Shown here: one piece after another, positions 36,348-48,538 of the stretch
Layout of the letters: every line of letters starts with the position of its first letter
How positions within the stretch are numbered: position 1 is the first letter of the stretch
Assembly (NCBI GenBank): GCA_047495785.1
Contig: JBLDXI010000003.1
Location: forward strand, 2,418,001 to 2,482,000
Direction of reading: 5' to 3'
From: Lepidodermella squamata
Taxonomy: Eukaryota; Animalia; Gastrotricha
DNA: 64,000 nt
The notes under the pieces: model-generated
Told to the model about the DNA's origin: nothing
Databases searched by the model: none
The model's input: the letters and a program-made list of their open reading frames with translations, nothing else
Program-made: the position numbers and the translations under genes

Positions 36348-38877
36348 TTAGATACGAGTCTCCTTGCCGTTCAACATTTTCTCGACATTTTTGAAAAGCA
36401 GTATGAGCCCAGCATCGCCAGATGCAATAGCAATATCATTCGGAGATTTACCCTCCTTGTTTCGTGATTTGATGTACGGCGATTTCTCCAACAAAATTTG
36501 AACGATTTCGTTAAACTTCTCCCTCGTCGCAACGTGGAGCGGCGTGTTACCAGCACGGTCGGGCCGAGTAAAATCTGCTCCGAGCTCAATAAACAGTTTT
36601 ACCAATTCAACGTCATTTTTAGACACCGCAATTAAAGCGCAAGTTTTTCCATCGCCAGTCACCGCATTGACCGCATTTTTAGTGAACGAGGCCAGTTTAC
36701 GGGCAACTTCCAAGAGTCCTTTCTCTGCAGCGACGTGAAGCGGCAATCGGCCAGATTCATTTTTCACTTCGGCAAGAAATGGTACCTCTTGAAGAACACG
36801 ATTCAATATTTCAAGATTCGTAGTGTCAGTAACTCGATGGAGAATTGTTTCACCACCAGGAAAGACGAGGTCAAGTCCACCACCTTTTAAAAGTAGAAAC
36901 ATGAAAGATTCCAATGTACCGATCTCAAACGCTGAAACGAGTGGCGTAGCCCCGTTTAGGCTTGTAGCGTGCAAATCAGCCGCTGGGAGGCTCCAAAAAT
37001 ATTTCAGCAGCTCCTCTGAGTGACTCATAACCGTCCAATGAAAAATCGTCTCGCCAGCCGAATCTTTTATCCTCGCTAATTCCGGGACTTTTTCAACCAA
37101 ATATTTCGCTACTTCAAAGTGGTCATAATACAGCGCCCAGTGTAAAGCCGTCGCCCCGGCATAGGTACACTTTGGACCACGTTTTGGCACCACAGTAGCG
37201 TCTGCGCCTAATTTTTCAATCAAATATTTGACCATTTCGAGGTCTCCAATTGAAGCGGCCTTGATAAGAGGCGTGACGTTGTGATCAATCGGATCGGGTC
37301 GCGATGCAGCCATCAGCAAACTTTCGCTGGGTAAATTGTCCTTGTTTTCATAGCTTTTTATAGCATCCAGATCGCCATCAATTATCGCCTGGTAGAAATG
37401 GCTAATTTCCAAGGGTTGTACTTTCTGAACGTAAAAAAATTAAATCTCGCTCAAGATCGAAAAATAAAATGATACCTGCTTTTTCGGCACAGTGCAAATT
37501 TCATATTGGCAAGATGCTGTCAGAGTTGAAATTGCTTTTCCGACCAAACTTGCATCCGACGACAGGCAGCTTAAGCAATCGTAGAAAACTTGATGCTCCC
37601 CTTCCATTCCTTGAAGCTGAAATTTGAAAAAAATATTCAATAGTCTGTGGCCCATCTAAATGCTCGAAATCGGCTGGTCAAGGTAAAAAATTGGCCGAGA
37701 GGCGAAAAGTGAATGTCACAATTACATCGCCGCACGAAAAATACGACGAGGGCTAAAATTTCTAAATTTTGGCAGAAAATTCATCGAAAAATTTTTCTGG
37801 CCATTTTTCCGGATTTTTAGCTAATTTTTTCCGCTAGAAATGAATGATATAAATTATGAATACTCACCTTTTTATCAGTTTCAATCGCTTTTTCATTCAA
37901 TTTCACGACATCGGTCAATTTCACAAAAAACGAAGACGATCGAGTCAATTTGGAGATCGCGTTTAGCTGCTCCTGAAAATCACCGCTCAACAACGCTTCG
38001 AAATCTTCCTGGATATAATTTGAAGCCTTCTTCCTCTCGGCGCCGAAAAACGAACGGCACTGCAGCAAAAGTTGTTCCTTGTGACTCGACAGAGCAGTTC
38101 TGATTTTCTCGCTCATGTCATCGATAGTTGACGATATTATTGTTTCAACACTCCTGCGATCTGCATCTATTTTTTTGACCAAGTCATCGACCAGGCTATC
38201 GACATTTTGCTCCAATATACGATCTCGCCTGATAGCAAACTGAAAATTGAGATATTAAATAGATAAAAATCTAACATTTCTATCACGCACATTTGAAGCG
38301 ATGAACGCGGTTTCCAATCTCAGTAACTCAGCGTGCGCGGGCGAGCAGGCTTTGCAGAATTTTCTATTGCAATGAGAGCATTGCTCACCGGCGTCCGTGA
38401 ATAGCCCCTGATGAGGACAGAAATAGCCCAGACGAGACTCTTCCACATTGTTCTTTTTCGTCGCAGATTCGACGTCGTCCGAGAAGCGACTGGCAACATA
38501 GTTGGTAGTGCATCCTAATAGGAACAAATCGAATGAATTTTCTATTTTAAAATTTTTGTTTCTCACCAATGACACCATCTCTTCCGAGCGGATTCAGAGT
38601 TCTGCAATCAGGGCAGCAGATTTGACCGCCAGTTGAGATCGACTCGATGCATTTCAAGCAGAAGGTATGGCCGCATTTCGGTAAAATGACAGGATTCTTG
38701 AAATTGCTTAGACAAATCGAGCATGAAACTGACTAGAATAGCAGATGGATAAATTGTTGAGTCATTCAATATCAGCGTCACCTCAAAAATGGAACCGCCA
38801 ATTGGGACAGCATCGCCCAGACAACTCCTTTTATTTGTGGCCAATTTGCCAGATGTCCCGCTGTTTCCTCGCTTCAT
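36348..38877 (-). CDS. TRIM-ankyrin gene A7 (multi-exon)
   Basis: ATG 38877 (MKRGNSG); RING ~38567-38732 (CSIC..CGHTFCLKC..CPDC); B-box ~38290-38514; CC ~37868-38179; linker ~37477-37617; ankyrin exon 36348-~37424. Confidence 0.88.
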
Positions 38878-39822
38878 GTTAGCAGCGAGCAAAAATAACG
38901 AAAATTGCTCTATAATTTAATAATAAGATAATAAAGATGGGACAAAAAAATCACAAAGCTGCACATGAGGTTTCCAAGTTTCATGACAACAAATGAGGTT
39001 TCCCAACAACAAATGCGAGCGATCATTTTAAAATAATACGCGCATTTTTTTCTATTAATTATCATAAATTTAAACGATTTCCGACTCAGCTTCCGCTTCA
39101 AGATCCATCTCAACAGCATCTCGGATGACCAATTTTCCAACCCGCATGTCGGCAAAATGAATGTTTCTTCTGATCACCCACTGAAATGTGCTCCACGCAG
39201 AAATGGCAAATAAAATAGGAAAAATTAAAGCTTAAAACCACAGCGCAACACAAATCAACCAAATTGCAGCAGGATAAAATTGCAACACATGAATTATTTC
39301 TGTAACTTGTTGGTTCACTATACCCTATACCGAAAAGACATGGGATATAGGTAGTTTTTTACGCTTAATCCGAATATGTAAACCGAAAGGAGCCATTTCC
39401 ATTTTTACTCGAGTTGTACCCAGTTGTACCGAGGTCCCTGGAATTCAAACGAATACCACGGTCGGATTATGCGCCCCGATGACATCTATTGGTATGCCTT
39501 AATTTTACTTGTTTCACTATTACGTCTGAATAAAAGACGCGCAATCGGGGCGGCTTTGTTTACTTCGAGGGCGCGTTTATTTAAAATGAGGGCCAACGTT
39601 TAAATTTTGGGGCGACAGATTATATTTTACTGATAATAAAATTAACAAATTTGTGCTATAGCCAATAATTTAAAATATTCGTTAATCTCAGGCAAAATAA
39701 ACGAGCAACAATGAGATTCGGCGGAAATGAATGAACAAATGAATCGAAGTGAAATTACATAGAAATAAGACGAAACAATTTCTTTCAGGCCAATATTTGT
39801 GTTTGGAATAAATTAAAGCCAG

Positions 39823-42206
39823 TTATTTTCCGGCGTTTTTGAACGGTTGGATCAGCCCAACATCGCCGGAAGCAGTAGCTATGTCCAACGGAGTTTTTCC
39901 TTCACTATTCTTCGATTTGATGACGGGATAATTCTTCAACAAAATTCGAACAATCTCGTAACAACTCCCCTGAGCCGCAATGTGGAGAGGCGTATTACCA
40001 GCAGGGTCGGGCACGGTGAAATCTGCTCCGAGCTCAATAAACAGCTTGACAAGTTCAATGTGATTTTCCGATACCGCAATTAAAGCGCAAGTTTTTCCAT
40101 TGCCAGTCACCGCATTGATGTTTTTGGTAAATGCGGCCAGTTTACGGGCAACTTCTACGAGTCCTCTTACAGCTGCGATGTGCAGCGGCAATCGGCCAGA
40201 TTCGTCCTTCACACCAGTTAGATGTGGCGCAGCAGTGAGAATAAGATCCAATACTTCAAGATGTGTGACGTCTCCGACTCGATGAAGAATGGTTTCACCG
40301 CCAGATAAGCGTTTTTCAAGTTCAGCCCCTCTTGAAAGTAGAAATTTGAAAGATTCCACTGTACCCTCCTCACAAGCTGACACGAGAGGTGTAGCCCCAT
40401 TTAGGCTTGTTGCGTGCAAATCAGCCGCCGGGAGACTCCAGAAATATTTCAGCAGCTCCTTGGAATGACTCATTACCGTCCAATGAAAAATCGTCTGGCC
40501 AGCCGAATCTTTTATCCTGACTAATTCTGGAACTTTTTTGACCAGATATTTCGCTACTTCAAATTTGTCGTAGCGCAGCGCCCATTGCAAAGCCGTTGCA
40601 CCAACAAATTGACATCGGGGCCCACTTTTAGCACGTACAGTAGCATCGACACCCAGTTTTTCGATTAAATATTGCACTATTTCCAGATTCCCGAATGAAG
40701 CTGCTATCATCAAGGGCGTCAAGTTGTGATCATTCGGATCGGGCCGCGATGCAGCTATCAGCAAACTTCCGTTTGGTAAATATTCGCTATTTTCGTAGCT
40801 TTTAACGGCATCCAAATCACCGTCCTTCATCGCTTGGTAGAACTTTGTAATTTCAGCCAGAGGCGCGATCTAAATTATAAATTTCGTTTGATGATGGTTT
40901 GGAAGTGTTTCCGATTTCGGATTATGAAATTCAATCAACTTTTGCTACAATTACTGAATTCAAATCGTTAAAATTACCTGCTTTTTTGTCAAATGACGAC
41001 TTCTGCACTTTAGGGCAGCTGTGAGGTACGCAACAGCCTTATCAATCCTTATTCGACTCGACTCGAGGCACAATTTGTACTTGGAAAACATCGTATGTTC
41101 GCCCTCTAGGCTTGAAAGCTGTGAAAATGAGCAGAATAGATATGTCGATTGAGCAAAAAATTGAGAGTTATAAATGTATTACCACCTTTTTGTCAATTTC
41201 GATTGCTGCCCGGTGTAAGTTGACCACATCCGTTATATCAACGAAAAATGGCGACAGCCGGTTGATTTTGCTGAGGCTACTCGCTTGCTGCTGAAAATCA
41301 CCGTTAGATAACACTTCGAAATTGTTCTTCATACAATCCTTGGCTTTTGCTATAATAGCCTCATGAAACGATCTGCATTTTCGCAACATTTGTTCCTTGA
41401 GCTCTAAAAGAGCAGCTGAGACTTCCTGAATAATTCCGTCAATTGATGATGATATTTCATCCTCTCGATTCTCGCAATCTTCGGTAATTTTTTCGACCAC
41501 GTCATCCACTAGTTCATCGAATTCCTGCTCCAAAATACGATCTCGTCTTTTAGAAAACTGAAATTGAGAATAATCCATTAGCAAATCCTAGTACGAGTAC
41601 GCATTTAAATTACATTCGAAGCAATAAACGCAGTTACAAGTCTCAATAATTCAGCGTGAGCCGGCAGACAAGCTCGGCAGAATTTTCGATCGCAATGAGA
41701 ACACAGCTCAACAGCGTCTGCGAATAGCCCTTGATGAGGGCAGAAATAGCCCAGACCAGAATCTTCTCTTTGTTCGCCATTTTTTCCGGGTTTCAAGTCC
41801 TCCAGAACACGATAAGCAACAAAGTTTGTCGGATAACCTAATTTGGAAAATAGTTTATGTTTCGATTGAAAATTTTCAGTTTTTCACCTTTGACGCCATT
41901 TTGCCCCAGCGGATTAGGAGTTCGGCATTCAGGGCAGCAAATTATACCGCCGGACGCGATCGATTCGGCGCATTTGAAGCAATAAGTATGGCCACATTTC
42001 GGTAAAATCACCGGGTTATCAAAATTGCCCAGGCACACCGGACACGTCACGGACTGCAACGAAAGTAATTCCAAAGTCAATAAGTTCTAGCTTTTAAAGC
42101 AATTAATCACCGCAAAAATAGAGCCTCCAATCGGCACAGACTCGCCTAAACTAATTCTTTTAGTTCCGCTCACTCGGCCAGGTTTCTCGCAGTTTCCTCG
42201 CTTCAT
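39823..42206 (-). CDS. TRIM-ankyrin gene A8 (multi-exon)
   Basis: ATG 42206 (MKRGNCE); RING ~41888-42053; B-box ~41614-41837; CC ~41185-41557; linker ~40978-41118; ankyrin exon 39823-~40869. Confidence 0.88.
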
Positions 42207-42350
42207 TACAGGAGCGAGCTAAGATCAAAAAGTTTCTACCATAGGTTCAAAAATTTTAATTTTCATAATTTGGAATTAAGGAGAGAAAAACGGGACATCC
42301 TCCCTTCGATTTCTAGTTTGACTCCAAATCCAACTAAATTGCTTATTGAG

Positions 42351-45300
42351 CTAAGACGTGCATAACAATTCAGGGGCTTTTTCGACCAGATATTTCGCTA
42401 CTTCAAAGTTGTCGTAGTACAGCGCCCAGTGTAGAGCCGTTGCACCGTCCTGACTGCACGTGGGCCCGCTTTTTGCACGTACAGTACCATCGACACCCAC
42501 TTTTTCGATTAAATATTGCACCATTTCCAGATTTCCGAGAGAAGCTGCTTTCATCAACGGCGTCAAATTGTGGTCATTCGGATCGGGCCGCGATGCAGCT
42601 ATCAGCAAACTTCCGTTTGGTAAATATTCGCTATTTTCGTAGTTTTTAACGGCATCCAAATCGTTGCTATCGATCGCTTGATAGAATTTTCCAATTTCAG
42701 TCGGAGTTATCTAAATTATAATCCGTGTGCATAAACAGAGCGACCAGGAAATCAGGGCAAACAAGTTTCAGAGCTCGAGTAAGGGCCTAATCTACAGTTA
42801 AGCTTACGAAAACTTGCTTTTGAATTAGGCGTTCGTTCTGTACCCTAAGGTAATCTAGACAACCTGCGAAGCTTGGATAATATTGAAATTACTGAAAAAA
42901 TATAAAAAATCCACCCAGGTTTTTCACCAAGTATTCACCGAATGCCCCAGTGGCAATAAATGATATGTCTTTGGCAGCGCGGCAGAAGGAACCCGTAGGC
43001 TTGTCTATTGTTTATCTTGGTGTGATCTTTTTGCACAAATTTTGAATCATTACCATGCAAAAAATGCAGCGATGATTCATATTTATTATATAGCTGTTGT
43101 TCGCACTAAGATATGACGACGTCAGGCAGGTAAAGTCAATGCGGTCGAAAAAAATTGTCCGATCTATAACCAAATGTTCAAGCTGTTCAAGCGGTAAATT
43201 ACCGCCAGTACTTGAACAACAGGCTACAGGCGTGAAAAAGCAGTCATTTAACGTCAACTATCATGCGAAAAGAATTGTTTGCCTTGCATCGCGCCATCTA
43301 ATATTAAGTGAATACTAATGTAATAGCAGTAAAAAGGATGCTACGTATTACCGCGCTTTGAGTGTGACTTGCTTGCTTTGACACTCAAGGCACGGTAATA
43401 CGTTAATACAGTGTAACCCCGATTTTCCATCATGCGATTTTCCGCCAATTTCGATTTTCCGTCAGGTTTTTAGCCGCCCCCGCCGACACCCATACAAAGT
43501 ATCATAACAGTGATATCCCGTCATTGATTTTCCGCCAAATTCGGATTTTCCGCCAGGTAGCTATTTCTACCCCGATTACCCGCCATTTTCAAATGGCACA
43601 TACGCGCTTGCTCCTATTGGCTGGCGTTTAGTGCGCGCAAAAATCAATCCACGTGGACGCGCGCAAAATCTCGATTATGCACTAATTCATTTTCTATAAT
43701 TCGATTAGCTTATTCGAACTTGAAGTTTTTTAAATTGTTAAGACTTTTTAAGCGAAATTAAGCGCGCACAAGTTGTAGCCGTGCCCGCATTTAGTTTAGT
43801 AGTGAAATACTGCGCGCGGCAATCGCAAAGGCTAACTTTCGACTTTCCCAGCGGATTTTATACCAAAATTAAATTCATAATCGATGTTGCCAGAGAGGTG
43901 TTCTATTTATGGCGGTATTGCGGTATTGTAGATTTATTATAACGATTATGAGAGTATAACTAGCTTAAAATAATTTCAAACGTTTGCGAAGCATAATTTT
44001 AATAATATACATTCGTTAAAACCATATTCGGTAGCCCTGACATTTTAAGGAGGTATTTTCGATTTTCCGTCAGTTTTTTCACGGAACCGCAAATGACCGC
44101 AAAAATTCCGCCAACCCCAATTTTTCACTTGTTAACGGTCAAATGTAATAAATATGCATATGTTGTACGCCTTTAGAGGATCTAAGCTTATACGGCGGAA
44201 TCCGATCGGCATCAATCGATAGCCCTTGATTACAGCAATCGATTGATATATGATGATCCATAGTGAACCTCACGGTTCGGCCATTATTTTGATGAAATAT
44301 AATGCGCATATCCTAAAGGCGTATAACACATATTAATGCTATTTCGATGTTTACCCATTGTATTATACGGATTTATGGCAATGAATTTTACTGCAGTGTG
44401 TGACGATAAAATGACAACCAACAAAGCCTGAATGCACACGTTTCTTCAACATGTGATTGTTGAAAGCGGAAAGCGTCTTGCCGGCATGTTTAGCTGAATG
44501 TTTTTTGAAAAAAATATAAAGTATTTCGAACTAAGTGTAACGTCGTTGGCGGTAAAATTGACAAAGAAATTCAACAAGCCTAGAGGTTCCGTCTGCCGCG
44601 CTGCCAATGATGTGATTGGCAAAAGAATAATTAGTGTGAATGAATCATCGAGCAAATGAGACATCGAATTTCGCTGCGGAATTAATGCTGCTGGGCTCTT
44701 TGCTTATAAACAACTTCCAGCATACGCAGTCGATTCCTGCTTGAAAATTGCAAAATCATAAAGAGGTACCAACCTGCTTTTGTTCCAGGGGGCGAACTTC
44801 ATACGTCAAGGCGGCTGTGAGGTTAGCGACGGCCTTTGCGACCATTTTCGCACTTTTCAGCAGGTGGATAGTGGAGTCGTAAAACATCGCATGCTCACCC
44901 TCGAGACTTAGAAGCTGATTAAAAAAACGGGCAAAAATACAAATTTTGAAGTAATTGAGTCAAGCAGCAACTTGGATTTAACAAAATTTCAGCCATTTCC
45001 AAATTTAAGGCGACTCGTAAATATTCGACTGGTAAATTTTAAGAATCAATGTGAATCTTTTTATAAAAAATTACTGGGCTACTTATCAATTATTAATTAA
45101 TCCGATCAACAAAGCCCAGTAACTCATGAAAATTTTGATATTCCGGAAAAAGAATCAAGTTCGGTATCACCTTTTCGTCAGTTTCAATTGCCTTTCGATT
45201 CAATTTTACCGCATCATTTAAATCGAGGACGAACGGCGATAGTCGGTTGTATTTGCCTATGCGATTTACGAGCTGCCGAAAGTCACCTCTAGATATCATT

Positions 45301-46196
45301 CGGTAATTTTTCTTTAAAATATCCTTGGCTTTGACCTTTTTAGCGTCATAGAAGGAGCGGAGTTCTAGTAAAAGTTGTTCCTCCAGTTTCGATAAAGCAG
45401 CTGAGATTTTTTGCATAATCTCTTCAATAGCCGATGATATCTCAGACTCTTCATTCTCGCAATCTGCGTCGATTTTTTCAACCACGTCATCCAGTAATTC
45501 AACAAATTTCCGCCTTAAAATACAATCTCGTCTGGTAGAAAACTGAAATTCAGAATACCCATATCAAAGCAGTTCCCCCTGTAGTTCAATAAGAATTACA
45601 TTCGAAGCAATAAATGCAGTTTCCAATTTCAATAATTCAGCGTGAGCAGGCAGACATGCTTTGCAGAATTTTCGATCGCAATGAGAACACCGCTCGATAA
45701 CGTCGGTGAATATACCCTGATGTGGACACTCATACCCAAGGGCAGATCCATCCACTTTTTCGTCTTTTCTGCCGAAGTTCAAGTCCTCCAAAACACGATA
45801 AGCAACAAAATTTGTCGGATATTCTAATTCAACAAATAAGTAATTCACATTTTGTTAAAAAATCGTAGTGTTTCACCTTTAACGCCGTTTTGCCCAAGCG
45901 GATTGGAAGTTCGGCATTCAGGGCAGCAAATCTTGCCGTCACTCGCGATTGATTCGGCGCATTTGAAGCAATAAGTATGGCCACATTTCGGTAAAATCAC
46001 CGGGTTATCAAAATTGCATAGGCACACCGGACACGTCACGGACTGCAACGGAAAAATTTCAAATTTGTATTGGTTACTGTTTCTTTTTGCAATTAATCAC
46101 CGCAAAAATAGAGCCTCCAATCGTAACGGACTCGCCCAGACTAATTCGTTTAGATCTAGTCACTTCTTCAGCTGTTTCGCAGTTTCCCCGCTTCAT
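42351..46196 (-). pseudogene. TRIM-ankyrin gene A9, ankyrin exon truncated after ~2 repeats, TE debris in last intron
   Basis: ATG 46196; RING ~45877-46042 nearly identical to A8; B-box ~45600-45823; CC ~45170-45542; linker ~44774-44915; ankyrin fragment 42351-~42710 ends abruptly (PELLCTS*). Confidence 0.8.
42720..44760. mobile_element. Composite TE or MITE debris in the A9 intron
   Basis: ~2-kb insertion relative to the ~110-nt equivalent intron of A8; TACAGTG.. start at ~43407 with repeated GATTTTCCGYCA motifs; inverted TACGCCTTTAG/CTAAAGGCGTA repeats at ~44166-44323. Confidence 0.55.
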
Positions 46197-46574
46197 ATTT
46201 AGAAGTCAGTAAAAATAAGTAGTTCCTACAGAAGTATACCGTAGGTTAAATAAGCAGGATCCAGGCAATCATGAATTAAAATCGCATTAGTTTCTTTCGA
46301 GATGAATATCCTCTTCATCAGAAATACTATTCTTCGTCAATTTGAAATTTTCTAAAATCGATATATCTTCTTCATATCTGCTTGTAGGTATTCAGCGTTC
46401 TCTTCGTAACACTCTTAGATTGAAATTTCTAAAGAAATTAAAATAAATTTATTAAATTTGCGGTATAGATTTATTCTCCATGAAATGACAATTCGTTATG
46501 AAAGACAACAACTTCATTATTTAAAATTAATTATTGAAAGCAGGTCATTTTGTAGAATGATATAAAACAACAGT

Positions 46575-48538
46575 TTAGAGCGAATCAGCCAATTGAAAAT
46601 GTCCTTCACTGAAAGCTACGTCTCGTGGTAGCTGTTTACTTTTGTTCTTGTATTTCAGCAGTTGAGGCCGAATTTCAGCAATAAACTTTGCAGTTTTATC
46701 ACAGTTGTCGAATGCAGCGAAATGCAGCGCAGTATCTCCATGAGCATCGGCTAAATCAGCCAGAGCCGGGTAAAATTCAAACAAATACATGACGAGATCC
46801 AAATTGTTACTGGATGCAGCGAGATGAAAAACAGTCGCCTTCTTCCCAGTAACTTGAGAATTTACATCAGCGCCGTTTTCAATTAAACATTTCACAGCTT
46901 CCAGGTGTCCATTTTGAGCCGCGAGATGGAGGCTATTGAAACCAGCAGAGTTTTTGTAGCTCAAACTAGCTTTCTTTTCCTTGATAAGGAAATTAATCAG
47001 GTCAACATGGCCACCCGCAGAAGCGCAATGAAGAATCGAGGAGCCATTTGAACAATGCTCCTGAGATAGTTCCGGGGCGTATTCCAAGAAAAATTTAACC
47101 ACCTCGAGATGACCGCTAACTGCAGCCCAGTGAATTGGCAACGAAGGCGAGGTCTCATCGACTTCCTTGTTTCGAGCATGAATATCTGCATCATGCTCAC
47201 GTACTAAATACTTGACCATGTCGACATTCCCATGATTAGCTGCGTACATTAACGGTGTAAAATCCAAGTGAATATCATCCTTATGATCAACAATAAAACG
47301 CCGGCAGTCATCGGAAATTGAAGGACGTTCCAACAACGCTTTGATGTAAGCAAAATCGTTGCATTTCAAGGCAGCTCTAAATTGCCGAATTTCAAATGGG
47401 TTGTCATATTGAGGACTAGGATGGTGATCCCCAACAGTTTGCTTCAATTTGATACATTCCAATAATTCAGCAGTCAGTTGCTCAAAAACTCGGGTATCAT
47501 GTTCCAGGGCCATTTCACAGCTCAAACCAATTTTATTCTCAGCATCTTGCAGCTTCGAAAATTTGAAAATGCATGATACTCAAATTTTGAGTGAAATTAC
47601 TTACATCTCTATCGACACGAAGAGCTTGCTGATACACCGGCACAACGCGACCAACAGTTGAGTAGAGAGCTGAGAAGTTTGAAAGCTGTTTGACGCTCTT
47701 GGTTACACTTTCGATGTCAAGTTTCAAAGTACTTGAGCACATCTTTGACTCGAGCCTAACCCGCTGAATGTCTTCAAAGGCCTCAAGTTCAGACAATATC
47801 TTGTCTCGACGAGCGTAGGCAGCAGTCCTGAAGTTTTCTATCATTTCGTCGATGGATGTGACAACCTCACGGCGAAGAGAATTGGTTTTCTGATGCAGCG
47901 ACTGAACAGATGAATTGTTGGAATCAAGACTTGTTTCAAAATAACGGGACTGAAACTACGGAGAAGAAGAAAAAATGAAATATGCCGGAAACCCAAGAAA
48001 ATCGCATTACGTTGCTAACGATCCAACTTGACTTCAGCTTCAGGGTTTCCAAGTGACTAACTATGCATGCGTTACAAAACTTGCCATTGCAGTGGCTACA
48101 GATAGTGGAGTTTTTCGTCAGCATGTCATGATGAGGGCAGCGTTCGCCAAGTTTCCCACTCTTCCGAGCTGAGTTCTCCTTTCCAAATATTTCAATGGCT
48201 CGTTGAATCGAAAAATTAGTTTTCAGACCCTCCAAGCCGTCAGCGCCGAGGACATTTTCGAATCTGCACTCTGGACACGTGAGGGTTTTCTTGGTTCGAC
48301 GAGCACGCAAGATCTCTTGGGCACATCCGAGGCAAAGTGAATGGCCACAGCCAGGCAGTACTTTCGGCTTGCAGTAGAAATTGAAGCACACAGGACAAGA
48401 GAAAGCCTATAATTCAAATTGAGTAAGTCGGTGAAAACGCTGGCTGAGAATGTAATTTACAGAGAGTATCTCGCCATCGATTTCAACTTTCTCATAGCGC
48501 TCCACGGTAACACGTGTCGTATCCAAAGCTGCCTGCAT
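46575..48538 (-). CDS. TRIM-ankyrin gene A10 (divergent member, fewer introns)
   Basis: ATG 48538 (MQAALDT); RING and B-box in one exon ~48011-48406 (CPVC..GCGHSLCLGC..CPEC..CSHCNGKFCNACIVSH); CC ~47605-47950; linker plus ankyrin exon 46575-~47555 with canonical TPL.YAA..G and TALHFAA repeats. Confidence 0.88.

Noticed and set aside
16023-47525. Ankyrin ORFs as standalone endosymbiont-type or contaminant bacterial genes
   Set aside because: Each begins at a splice acceptor rather than a true start and follows matching RING/B-box/CC exons with GT-AG introns.
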